Positions 24,026-41,120 of a stretch of DNA of 64,000 nt are shown in pieces. Within the stretch, counting starts at the first letter, position 1; each line of letters opens with the position of its first letter. The translations under genes were made by a program, and so were the position numbers. The stretch spans positions 124,001-188,000 of the forward strand of contig JAHLTZ010000023.1 in NCBI GenBank assembly GCA_025786725.1. The letters run 5' to 3'. Origin of the DNA: Syncephalis fuscata S228 (taxonomy: Eukaryota; Fungi; Zoopagomycota). The notes below the pieces were generated by a model, which saw only the letters and a program-made list of their open reading frames with translations, did no database searches and had not been told where the DNA came from.

Positions 24026-24762
24026 TGTATACTGCCAAACCAATAGCCCACCCAATAATACGAATTTTGTACAGATTCAAGTAATAGCAACAACTAGCAA
24101 TTAAACAATAATAAACAGTTAAGAGTATCTTAGATGATGACAGCTAAATAAGTGACGAGACAATGAGAAAGGTTGTGTCAGTGTACAACGCGTGTTATAT
24201 GTGTGTGTTATAGAGAAGTCTCTATAATTCATGATTACTATAAAAGGCAATCTAATATAGACAATTTAGACAGCCATCATTTATTCAACACAATAAATCC
24301 ATTTTATTCAAATAAATAAAGGAGATTATTGATGAAACTCTATAACTACGAGTAGATGCATAAGACAATGAAGATCTGCAATCGACCCTGAGTGATACGA
24401 ACAGACAAGGACCATGAATATCCAACATTTTAGTCTGCTTCTAGATTGCCTCTCTTGTCGCCTGTGCAGGCATGCTAATAGCTGTGCGTCAGTCCAGTTT
24501 CTCCCCTTTCATACCTATTCCATTACTATACTTGCAGTTACTATCTCGACACCTATGACTTGTTAAGTAACGGGCGGAGTATCGTGTTTAAAACGTAACC
24601 AGCGCTCCGCTTTAATAGTCGACAGGCATTCTTTCTAAATTCATACAACACTTTTATTTACTCGCTTCGTTTTTCTTTGATTATACACTTGGTTATTATA
24701 GATTGGCGTGTAGTTAACTCATCCGTGGGATTTTATTATCAGAATTGCATTCTACGACGATA

Positions 24763-27700
24763 ATGGCTACAACTGGACCTGTACTGGCGGCAACCAACGC
24801 CCTCTTGCGAGACCATAGCCATAACAGTAACAATAGCACCAACAGTAGCAGTAACAACAACAACAACAGCAGCAGCAGCAATAACCATAACACTAACAAC
24901 AATAGCAATCAACAGCGCGAATGTAATAGCACAGCAACGTCTCCCGTTATAAAAAGTATACCTGCTCGACGTTCTATAGCCATCAATGTAGCAGCAGCTA
25001 ACATTTCCTCGTCTTCGTACTCTCTACCTTCGTTTGATCGATCTAGTCGCGAAAGTGACGACGACGACAACGACGACAATGATGATAGAGATCATACTTG
25101 GGCAACTGCACCAAATACACCACTAGTGCTTGAAGAAGATACATTAAAACAATTACAAATGATGCTATCGAGCGATTCACCAACTAGTAGCTACGTTGGT
25201 AACGATGCAGCTGTCCCTTTGAATAGTAGCAATAGCAGTGATAATGGTGCCATGCCACACCATCGTTCACGCCGTGCCTACAGCGTTACTGACGACAATC
25301 AACATACCCTTTCAGCTGTAGAACTATGTGAAGAGTGTGCTGATCCATTCTCTGGTGTACCTCAGCCGTGTCTACGTCGTCCTCTTACTTCACCATTACC
25401 CGTACCAACAACAACAAACACGGCCAATATTAACATCCCGGCCACTACACCTGTTCATATTGCGGTATTATCTGCTAAAGGTGCAGCTAAAATGGCGCCT
25501 ATGCTCCAACATGTACCACAACGCGTTCAATCACTACCCACTGCCATTCACATGGATAGTGCCTTACTTGGACGTACCCATGCTGCCACTTTAGCCGCCG
25601 CCGTATCATCCAATCAACATTCAGCGGAGTTACCAACATCTCCACGCCTACGTCGGAGTAGCAGTCTTGATCAAGTGGATAAATTACAATTGGACCAATT
25701 ACATCGTTGGATTATCGGGTTTTGTGTGGTTACATTTGATTTAGAATTAGGACATGGTAAATGACAAAGTGTTACAGTCATTCACTAATGATTAATTACC
25801 ATTCATCATTTAGCTATGGAATTGGTTTATCCCCCCTTTGAATTGGATCCATATCTTAAACAGAATATGTAAGTAGATAAATAGGAATAGTAACCACTTT
25901 GGTTAATCTGTATATATATACTTGTAGTTCTTTTTGTTCATTTCCCGACTCACACGCCGTTTCTCTAGGCGATACAGTGTATAGCTTTCGTGTACGGGTT
26001 GGCTTGGCTCAATCTACAGCATCAACAGCCGCACTAGGTACTTCTACACTAACACGATCTCAATCATCGGGACCAGTCAAGCCTAAACTTGCTTTGCCTG
26101 GTATGTATGGATATAAATGTGCTTTTACATAGATATCTAATAAATCCAAGTAGATATTTCTGATCATGATGGATTTCTATATGGTTATGTACTATTTAGA
26201 CAACGAAAAGATGCTCGACTTCGACGTGGCTATTTTCAGGTAATTACTTTAACAATCATGCTAATCATAATTATAGCAAGTATTAACTTCAATTGTTACT
26301 CCTTTTATAATTGTAATAGAAATCACTTGTATTGTTGAGTAAACAACAGCTTCCAGGTTTATTTCTCGACATGGTACGTCGTGTTGGTGCAGCCTATTTC
26401 AATGAAGGACGTCAAATATTGGAACAAACATGTCAATCCATTGCTAGCTGGTAATTATTAACACTACCGTATAACTATATAATGACTAATATAATATAAT
26501 AGGCCAAAACCATCTTTAGGCAAAACATTGATACTACCTTTGCTTAATACAAAATTACAAGTTGAATTGCCAGCACGTCATCGTGTTCAACTACTACCGC
26601 GAAGTGCTGCTCTTAATAATCCTGAACAATATGTAAGTAATTAATTGAATAATCTATTTATTACAACTATTCATACTCATACTCATATGTATATTACATT
26701 TATCTGTTTAGTTATTGGCATCTATACCACCGGCTGCTTTATATACACATACACGTGAATTTCTAAATGATCTATGGCTATGCTGGGAACTTGTTTTACT
26801 GGGAGAACCCATCATGGTATTGGCCAAAGGAACACGTGAATGTGCCGATTCAGTACTTGCACTTATTAATTTAATTGCACCAGTAAGTGATTAACGATCT
26901 AATTAACTATATAATAGGTTACTTAATAGATTATCTAGATCCCTTATGGTGGTGATTGGCGACCTTATTTCACGGTCCATGACTCAGATTTCAAGGCATA
27001 CTCATCACGATTAAAGGTAAGTTTAGTCATAAATAATAATAATGACTTTAATACTAACAATGTTAATAGACACCAGGCAGTGTTATTGTTGGTGTTACAA
27101 ATCCATTCTTCAAGGATGCATTTGATCATTGGCCAAATATTCTACGTGTTAATCAAGCTGATATGCCGTAAGTAATATTGTGATACCCTTATCATAGATC
27201 AATAGATTCTAATAGAATTAATATAAATGCTTATAATAATAGTTTATCAACTAGTGCACCAACACGAACACCAAGTCCATTTGAACGACCATCATTAAAA
27301 AAGTTTGGCCGTCAAGGCTCTGGCTCATCATTTGACTTTATACCTGTAAGTTATTCATTTAAGCATTCTAATATTTTATTAAATCGATTAATAGGGTCTT
27401 ACGAGCAAGCGTAAACGAGTCATCGACAAGGATACGGCACTTATTAAGGAGATTACAACATTGACGCAACAACGTGTTAGTCGTAAGTCTATTGCTATTA
27501 TAATAATAGCATTTTATTAATAATGAATAATTATTTATATTTAATAGCTCATCTACTTAATGATACAATCCGTCGATACTTTGCCGATCTAACCGAACGT
27601 TTTCTCGAACCACTTGATCGATACTTTACAACGTTAATTCCCGCTCATAGGTATGTAATTACCCACTTATTATAATAATTGTACTTGTAATAATAATAAC

Positions 27701-28285
27701 AATACTAGTGAATTAACTACATCTCACGCACCACCTACATTGAAATCATTTCGTCAAGATGAATTTCTTAAATTTGTACAAGAAAAAGGTATTTATTATT
27801 ATTATTATTATTACATTTAATGATATTTATTTAACTAAATACTCGTTTTATATAGGTACTCGATTAAAATTTAAAACTGCTGCCTTTCAAGCAACAGCCT
27901 GTACCGATTTCTATGCCCAATTTCTACGCTGTCCCAACTTTGTACAATGGCTACAAATGCGATCAGTGGCCGCTGAACGACGACTACGACAAACTCATTT
28001 ACGCTTATTAACCGATGCCAATCTATCAGATTGGATGCAGCATCGCACCGAAGTTGAACTAGTCGACATGTTAATGCGTGTACGATTCCATTTAGTAAGT
28101 TTTTTAATGTATAAACTATAATATAATACTAATCACCATTTAATCAATAATAGAGATCGGATGTATCATCTAATGAGCAACGTCCTACCCAGGAACAAAT
28201 AGAACAATTACGCTCACAGGCCGATTTAATTGTTGGTCGATTACCAGCCGATCTTAAAACAATGCTTGTACCATCCTCACCTTAA
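24763..28285 (+). CDS. DENND6/FAM116-like DENN-domain protein with long low-complexity N-terminus (multi-exon)
   Basis: [77 protein letters not shown]. Confidence 0.88.
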
Positions 28286-28578
28286 AGGAAAAGAATAGTA
28301 ACAACAATGACAGTATATATATATATATTATATATATTATACGGTCCATTTAATGCTGTACTGCTATTTAATCATCTACGCGGTCATTTTAGCAACTACG
28401 CTACATTGCCCCTCCTATCCTTATCATCTTTATTATAATTATATTTCTGCTATGCATGTACACTAGACAATGCGTCTAACCAACGACGACCATCATCATT
28501 ACCATCATCATTACCATCATCATTGTCGCATTAAGCAATAAAGTGAACGATAGTTTTATTAATAGCAATGTCAACACT

Positions 28579-32880
<4,302 letters not shown>

Positions 32881-33469
32881 CTGTTAAATAAACACACAAC
32901 GTAATAAGTAGGAATACCGTTGAATGTCTATTTATACTAGACTAGATTGAATGTAATCTGTAATAAGAGTGAAAAGTATAAGGTGGTGTGTGTAAATATA
33001 ATTGTTATCAATGTTGTCAATAAAACAAACAAATAAAAAAACAAAAATTAAATAAAAAGATTTATAACATAAAACTATTTTAATTAAACATCTTGTAATT
33101 ATACTAATATTAAACATCTTTTGTAATCAAATTGATTTATTTATTGTTCCATTGTGCACAAATAGTTAAAGAATAATAAGAATAGTAGTAATGATATAGT
33201 TATATTTGATCCAATTGTATAAGACTACACCTTTTATGCATATTACCTTTTGAATTACATATTGTTGTTCATTGTTATCATTATTATCATTGTTGTCATC
33301 ATTGTTGTTATTGTCATTATCATTATAGTCATCATGGAATCCACAAATATTTGCTTCATTCAAATAATATGGGTCAATGAAATAGTCATATTGAAATAGT
33401 CATATTGAAATAGCCATATTGATTTTGTAGATACACGCACATATCAGCAATTTACCTCTCTTTCTCTTT

Positions 33470-34395
33470 CTATCTATGACTGAGTTTCTGATGTTGATAA
33501 TAAACGAGGTGAAATAGGCTTGTTTTAAATTCATGTTCCGTCATCGATGCAGGTGTATTAGAATAAATGGTATCATCAGAACTTTCTTGTTCTTCTCTTG
33601 ATTGAGATCGAGATGATGATGGTTGTTGTTGTTGTTGTCCTTGTCCTTGTTGTAATAAAGTAGACAATAATGAAATATCTCTACCAAACTCATCTTTAGT
33701 AGGTGGTTCATTAGAAGGTGAATTATTAGTAGTTGTAGGGGTTAATGATGAAAAGTTAGATGATGGTCCACGTGGTTCATATCGATGATATGAACGGGTT
33801 GATGATCGATGATGTCCATTATTATTATAATTATTATTGTTATTATTGTTATGATGATGATGATGATGATGACCATGTGGTGGTGGACGACGACTATTAC
33901 CACGAATAACGGCACCAATATCCCTAAAGTATATAATTAATTATTAATAAATAACTTTTAGTGTTATAACTACCAGTCAAGTCGTAATACACGATCTTCA
34001 ACCGGTGTATTGGCAAAGTATCGCATGGCTTCTTCAGCATCACTACGTGTATTATACGTAACAAATCCAAATCTATCATCATATTAGTAAATAGACTTAT
34101 AATATCATAATTAACTTACCGTCTACTCTCACCGGATCGTTGATCAATAGGCACTGCACTACTCGCTACAGGTGCTACTTGTTCAAATAAAGACCGTAAT
34201 AACTGGTCATCATAATGAGGTGGAAGATTACCCACAAAAATAGAGGCCGTTTCCCGTCGAATACGCTCTTCATCACTATGATATCCATGGTAAGTATTAT
34301 AATGACACTCATACTCAACTTACGCCGGTATAGTTCGATGCCATCGATTAACGCTATGACCTCGTGGTGGCGGTCCACCATTAGTAATTTGTAAC

Positions 34396-34426
<31 letters not shown>

Positions 34427-35546
34427 GAGGTAATATAGAATTGGATAAAGATGGAGATAATGGTGGTTCATGATGATGATGTGAATGATGATGTGAATGA
34501 TGATGTTGATGTTGTTCCTGTTGATGGTGATGATGATGATAATAATGATGTGGATGTGGTGGTGGTGGTTTATGATGTGGATGTGGATGTTGAGGTGAAT
34601 AATATCGATCATGTCGATCATGTAAACGATGACGATCTATATCTTGATTATAATCACGTATTGGATTAAATCCACTACTATTTCCACTATTGTAACGAGT
34701 AATAGGTGAACGGGAACGAGAACGACCAGGGAATCCATTGTTACCTCCACTATTACTATGACCACTATTACGTAATGGACCACTACCACTTCTATCGTCA
34801 TATCGTGGTGGTCGATCATATCGATCATATCGATTATAACGATCATTACGATCAAATCGATCGGTAGAATTGGTGGATCGTCCATCATATCGATCATATC
34901 TTGATGGTGGATCATATCGATCAATAGATCCACGATTAGGTGAACCATACTGACTATTTAGGCCATGAATAGATGGAGATTGACTATTTGTATTGATAAG
35001 CATGTCACGATGATCAATAGAGGGCTTGCCACGATATCGATGTTCATATCGATCCACCATACTATGACTATGATTGCCATTACTATTCATATTAACATTT
35101 GTTGATGTTAATGGTGGTGGTGCAGCCGGGTCATAGCCAATTGGATCATGTTGTGGTGGTGTTGTTAATGGTCCACTACTACCACTAATAGAATGTATGG
35201 CTCTAGGTGGATAATGAGGATCATAGCCTCCATTAGAAGCAGTAGTAGTATTAGTAGTAGTTAAATGACTAGACTGGTGGGGTGCAGATGCACTATTTGA
35301 TCCAGATAGACTAGCAAGATTTGATAATGTAGAACTTGGTAGATTGACTAGGGTTTGTAATATAGCGGTTATATCTGGTTGTGGTGCTACTGCGGCAGGC
35401 ACATTCGGTACAGTGTGCTGTCCGATAACACTACCGTATGACGGTGAAGGTGCATAGTTGGCTGTATTAGCGCCTTGGTTACCATTTGGTATAGATCGTG
35501 AATGGTATCCGTTTTCTGACGGCTGATATCCATATTGACCGGACAT
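33470..35546 (-). CDS. RRM protein with long low-complexity (YDR repeats, His/Gln/Asn) regions (4 exons)
   Basis: Spliced RRM IFVGNLP...RFGFVTY...AEEAMRYF...RVLRLDWDIG. Introns near 34325, 34120 and 33974. C-terminal KDEFGRD. Confidence 0.8.
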
Positions 35547-37577
35547 TGTATACACTAATAAATTTAAACACTACTACGCAACAATAGAGTCTGTTCTTAG
35601 TTTGGTCTTTGTTTTGATATTGATATTGATATTGATGTTTTTGATTCGGTTACTTTTGTTTTGGTTTTTGTTTTGTTTATCTCTCAATCTCTGTTAATGC
35701 TCAATCTCTCTTTCTTTCTTTCTCTCTGTCTCTGTCTCTGTCTCGTTCTGTCTCTCTTTTTCTAATCTTTAATTTCTTTCCGTTATATTCGGACAATTTC
35801 TTGGAACTGAACTTTCGATAGGTTCGATTGAATGTGTACAAACAAATATATGTATATAAAATAGATGTTCTTGTAAATACTTTGGAAATAGCACTGATAG
35901 ATAGACCAAGTGTACTAATGTTGATACTATGGCCGTTGTTGCTACAATGGCGATAATTGGTAGTAGCGGTAATGATTGGAATAGTAATTGAGTTGTTAGT
36001 ATTGTTGTTGTTATGTTTAGTGTTGTTAGTATTGTTGTTATGGTTATGGTTGTTATTCTTATTCTTATTCTTGTTGTTGTTGTTGTTGTTGTTAGTGGTA
36101 TGGTTGTTACGATTACTGTTGGTTCAGTTCATAAAACATACGCATATATGCAACCTTGTATCTTCAATTGCACTATGAAACGTAAACTAAAATGACAAAA
36201 AGCTACCAACGACCTACCGTCATCCAAAGGTGGTACTAGCAAACGAATAGACTGATTTAGTGTTTGGTCATCAATCAACAAGATTTAGCCTTTATCCTAA
36301 TAAATAAAAGGCAAAAGCCGCCAGATCAGACTATAAAGTTGGAAAAAGTGTAAAAATGAACGCCCCTAGTTACAATTTGAATAGCGTGAGTGGTCAATTA
36401 ATAACGTGCGATTTTGATATAAATTGAACCTTTCCGGCCCGAAATTAAACACCAATCACTGATGGCCATGATGTTTCACTTTAGAGACTGGACAAGGACA
36501 CTGGCCCTTATTATATAGATACTGTATTATGGAAGGTGCAGTCTACCATTGACTCAGCTGACCATGCATTCCTCCATGTACGTGCGTCATATCAATGTTA
36601 TTAATGTCTAATATAATGGTCTATCCTAACATGTGTCTATACTGTGGTTCTGTGACAAATATGGAATCTTTATGGAAGAAAAAAGATGTCTAGATAAAAA
36701 GGCCCTTGTTTTTACTGTCTAATTGGCAAACTCCGCCTATTCTTCTCCTATCTATCGACTAATAAATGGATATATATATATCTCCACTCATTGATACCTA
36801 TAGTCTACGAGTTTATATCTATGCTTATCTACATCCATCCTATTGCTACTGCTATCCCTGCTACTGGTTTGTGTCCTTTATTTCACTTTCTTAATAATTA
36901 GGTATTTTAGATATACCACATTTCGCTATTCTATTCAAATACATACAAAGAGGCTGACACAACGTCCAAGTCTTTGTGACATTGGTGTACCAGTCCATTG
37001 TGCTATCGCTCTATTCCTTAGCATAACTAATGCAATTGCAGTCTAGCTGGTCTGCAACAAACCGTTCATCTTTCTTATTGCTTGTGCAGTCATCTACTTG
37101 TTTTACGTACTAGCAACAGTGCACTCTGTGTTTATTAAACACTCAATTATTTGATTCAGTCTACACTCGCCTTAGTATTCAACAGTCAGTAGTAGTGCTT
37201 GGTATTGTTTCAACTGAATTAAACGTGGTGTTATTGACTAAATATCACTACTATATTCAGAGCGCAGTACAATCCATCTCGTTTTAGTTATTACATACAA
37301 ATAGCAGTGTTACTCCGCCTACTTCGTTAATCACGGCTTCACGTGTGTGTGTGTGGTTCAAATAGACATTTACACTCCGCTTTTAGTTATCGTTGTTATT
37401 AGTTTCTGGCGCCGACTGGATCGATTGCTACTGAATTAGTATATATATATTGTTCGATTTAGCACTGTCTTTTATTGGACGGCCAATTAAGCAATCACGC
37501 AACTCCTTATCATTTATTTTTTATACGGCTAGTGATAACAACAACAACAACAACAATATCGATAACACTTGGTTGAT

Positions 37578-38819
37578 ATGACCACTACACGCTATCATCG
37601 CCGTCTTCCCTCTGATGCTGCATCAGCGGCCAGTGATGCTGATTGGGATACACGATCAGTTAATGAAGGCTATCGCTTATCGCATAAGCAATTTATTTGC
37701 TGGGGTATTATTCTAGGCACGATTATTGTGTCAGGTGTTTTCGGTCTTGTGGCATGGGCTGTAGTCGATCGAATGCATGATGGTAACCGTGTTAGCGTGC
37801 CAAGTAACACGAATCTTACTATTGTACCATCACCGGATATGGTAAAATCATTCTACGGTCTAACGTATACGCCACAGCGTGCGCAATATCCTGGATGTGG
37901 TGTATCGTTGGGTGATGTAGTCGAAGATCTTAAAGTGCTTTCGCAGCTAACAACACGCGTCCGCCTCTACGGTATGGACTGCGATCAAGTCAATCTATTG
38001 CGACAAGCAATTGAGTTACTAAAAATCGACGTTTCATTGGTATTGACTGTGTGGGTCGACAAAGATCAAGATACTTATAATAGACAGTTGGATGCACTTT
38101 GGGACACTTTAGACAAGTATAGTGGTAAAAATATTATAGGTATTTCTGTTGGTAATGAAGCCATATTCCGTAAAGATGTTACACCACAGGAATTGGCCAA
38201 GCGAATGAATGATGTTCGCTCTAAATTGGCTGGTAAGGGCTTAGCCAATATTCCTGTCTACACGACAGATTTGGCCGACAATTTCGATAGTACTATAATG
38301 CAAGCATCGGATGCGGCACTTGGTAATATCCATCCTTATTTTGCCAGTACATCGATTGGTGATGCGCCAAAATGGACCTGGGACTTTTATCAAAAAACCA
38401 TTGGTGCATCCTCGGGCAAGCCAGGCATCATCTCAGAAACCGGCTGGCCGACTAATGGTGCAAGCAAAGGAAGTGCCGTACCCTCAGTGGCCAATCTTCA
38501 ATCCTATATAGACAATTTTCTATGTCAAACACAAGCTAAGAATATCCCTTGCTACTTTTTTGAAGCATTTGATGCAGCGTGGAAGACATCGGAGGAAGCA
38601 GTTGAAAAGAGCTGGGGTCTACTTACCAAAGATCGTAAGCTTAAAATACGTGTTCCACGATGCGATGGCACGGCAAGTAGTAGTTCCGGTAACACTGCTA
38701 ATGGTGCATCGACACCCTCCACTCCGATAACTGCGCCGGTGACGGCACCCGTAACTGTACCTGTACAGCAAAATAATAACGTAGTTAGACAGCCTGTAGC
38801 TGGTACAACCACCACATAA
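37578..38819 (+). CDS. GH17 beta-1,3-glucanase/glucanosyltransferase with N-terminal membrane anchor (BtgC-like), intronless
   Basis: TM segment, VRLYGMDC, catalytic VGNEA and SETGWPT, FFEAFDAAWK, EKSWGL, Ser/Thr/Pro tail. Confidence 0.92.
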   Translation: MTTTRYHRRLPSDAASAASDADWDTRSVNEGYRLSHKQFICWGIILGTIIVSGVFGLVAWAVVDRMHDGNRVSVPSNTNLTIVPSPDMVKSFYGLTYTPQRAQYPGCGVSLGDVVEDLKVLSQLTTRVRLYGMDCDQVNLLRQAIELLKIDVSLVLTVWVDKDQDTYNRQLDALWDTLDKYSGKNIIGISVGNEAIFRKDVTPQELAKRMNDVRSKLAGKGLANIPVYTTDLADNFDSTIMQASDAALGNIHPYFASTSIGDAPKWTWDFYQKTIGASSGKPGIISETGWPTNGASKGSAVPSVANLQSYIDNFLCQTQAKNIPCYFFEAFDAAWKTSEEAVEKSWGLLTKDRKLKIRVPRCDGTASSSSGNTANGASTPSTPITAPVTAPVTVPVQQNNNVVRQPVAGTTTT

Positions 38820-39465
38820 TTTATAAACCAGAAAGCGCCATTAGTTACAGCCGTAATTATTAGTTGCAATTTGACTGCCTAATGCATTTTTGGTACATTT
38901 CGATATTTGATTCTTTATATATTGCAACCATTGAAATAAACGGTTTAATTTTTTACACAATTGTAATTTATCAAGTATTGTTATAGTTTATATTTTATGA
39001 CTTGCTATTTAGCAAATTAAGCAACTTATTTTTATAAAATGAATTATTAAATATTTAGCGTGACTTAAGGTTAATTAGCTACATTTGACAATGTTAATCT
39101 ATTTAAACCACACATTAGCTTTAATAAACATGATATTGAGTGGTGAAAAGGATTAATAATTAAATCATTTAATCATAGACTTACGATTCAGTGTATATAT
39201 ACACTATAAGGTCAGCATTGCTATTCAAACATTTTCATTGTATATTCAGTATAATAGATTTATTTTAATATAAATAAAATGCAATACCAACGATATGTGC
39301 TATATCTTATAAAAATAAATGGCTACAAAACAAACATGTTTTAATAAGAATGAACGATAAGTTATTGTGATAATATTTAATTTCATATTTTGCTAAAAAT
39401 GGAATGAACAAATAACATTAATCCAAATAATGCTACTTAATTGTTAAGCATCATTAGGAGATTGC

Positions 39466-40212
39466 TTAGCGTGGCTGAGTATAGCGAGAGCTGAATCCAA
39501 GCGCGCTTCGTAGATCATGATATTGAGAAATGCTAATGGAGATTTCTTTGGCTGAAACAAACCAAAACACGTTTTCGGAACAAGGAGGCGTAGTTAAACT
39601 GCCCGAATAGGTCCAATAGGTGTCAAGATTGTCTGTTGTCTTTAGTATACCTGGCAAGTCCAATGATGGTACAGTCTTTTTGTCGCCCTTGTTTTTTGGT
39701 ATATTTTGGATAATTGGCGCAACTAGGTTATTGTTGTGGGTGCTAACTTGAAGAAATGTACCAACTACCAGCAATTGGCCATTGGCTGCTTTATGAACAA
39801 AATGGGCTTCAGCTTCGTAATAGGCGCCCGAAATGCGATGCTCCGAAGGTGCATGGAAATGAATATTTTGCAGTGCGTATTTGACATTGTTATATGTTAA
39901 ATAGTTGTCGACCGAAGCTTGCGCATCAAGATCCATTTGTATGGTATGGCCGTTATTAACAATTGATATTTTTTCGAGTCTTTTCCAGGTAAATGAAGGC
40001 GGTGCTCGCTGCGACCTAGTTAAACGCTCGGCATCTGGAGTAACGAGATTGATCGGGGATTGGTGTTTACCATTACCACACTTGCTATAGTCGGCCGATA
40101 GCTCTCCCCATTTCGCAGGTCCGCGGGACCCTTCATACGACCATTCCGCGCCATCACTGCCCATGACAGCACCCGTGAATATAACGTAAAGTGCAACAAT
40201 TGAAAGTTTCAT
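39466..40212 (-). CDS. Secreted alpha-carbonic anhydrase, intronless
   Basis: Signal peptide, WSYEG...QSPINL, NNGHT, Zn ligands HFHAPSEH and EAHFVH, YSGSLTTPPCSENVFW. Confidence 0.95.
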   Translation of the reverse strand: MKLSIVALYVIFTGAVMGSDGAEWSYEGSRGPAKWGELSADYSKCGNGKHQSPINLVTPDAERLTRSQRAPPSFTWKRLEKISIVNNGHTIQMDLDAQASVDNYLTYNNVKYALQNIHFHAPSEHRISGAYYEAEAHFVHKAANGQLLVVGTFLQVSTHNNNLVAPIIQNIPKNKGDKKTVPSLDLPGILKTTDNLDTYWTYSGSLTTPPCSENVFWFVSAKEISISISQYHDLRSALGFSSRYTQPR

Positions 40213-41120
40213 GCTGATAGAATGCTGGATTTACAAAGACTGAACTACTGATTTGTCCGTGCTTAGTCTCCACGACAAGTGTTATTTAAATATTGTGCCA
40301 TTATCACATTACTTTCATGTATGTAAAATTCCTTTGCGTTTATGATGCAACATTCCATTGAAAATCAAAGAAACAATCATATATTACATACTTTGTGTTG
40401 GCATAAAGACATTTATGGCATAACAATCAAGCTACTTTCATCATTGTGTTGTTATAAAAATAAACCAAAGTTATCGATGAACAAACATTAGTAGTATTTA
40501 CAAACGTTGGGTCAAGTGTTCTCACGTCTTACAGGATCTCATCCACATATGATATGCGCACAATTACACACATGCATAGAGCAATAAAATACATCGAGGA
40601 TTATATTATAAATAGAATGGTGAATACAAGTTTTACTAAGCCGATTTTTAATCAAGATTCCTTTGAGACTTTGAAGAAATTGCTAAATAAGGCAATTGCA
40701 AATTGTCATTGTGACATAGCTTATAGTCACTTTGGTAATAGACTGGAAGTAAAAGATGGTGCGTAATTAGTAATATATGGACAATTATACGCCACAATTT
40801 ATGGTGTCATCTGTAATACCTAAACTAGGTATTTGTAGATTCAAAATAAAACTGTTATGTAATTAATATAAGAAGAGTAATTTAAGAGACCTAAATTAAT
40901 GGTGATTAGCGATATAATAATATAAATCAATGTAATAATATAGTGCATTTTATTAATTTAAACGTGGTTATTGGTATGGATATTTAAAAACATTGCTGGA
41001 CCGTACACTCATGTGTTAATAACACGTATATGGTTATGTATGCATGCATGTATGTGTGTGTGTGTGTGTAACAATAGCACAAAAATAATAGATTGTAATC
41101 AGAAAAGTATGATGTTGTGA

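Noticed and set aside
35800-35840. ggttcga resembling a tRNA T-loop
   Set aside because: No acceptor, D or anticodon stems can be formed around it.
35957-36195. Poly-Leu/Val hydrophobic ORFs (also 24714-24908 and 15722-16870)
   Set aside because: Translations of (TTG/TTA)n and CA/CT microsatellite-rich UTR, promoter or antisense sequence.
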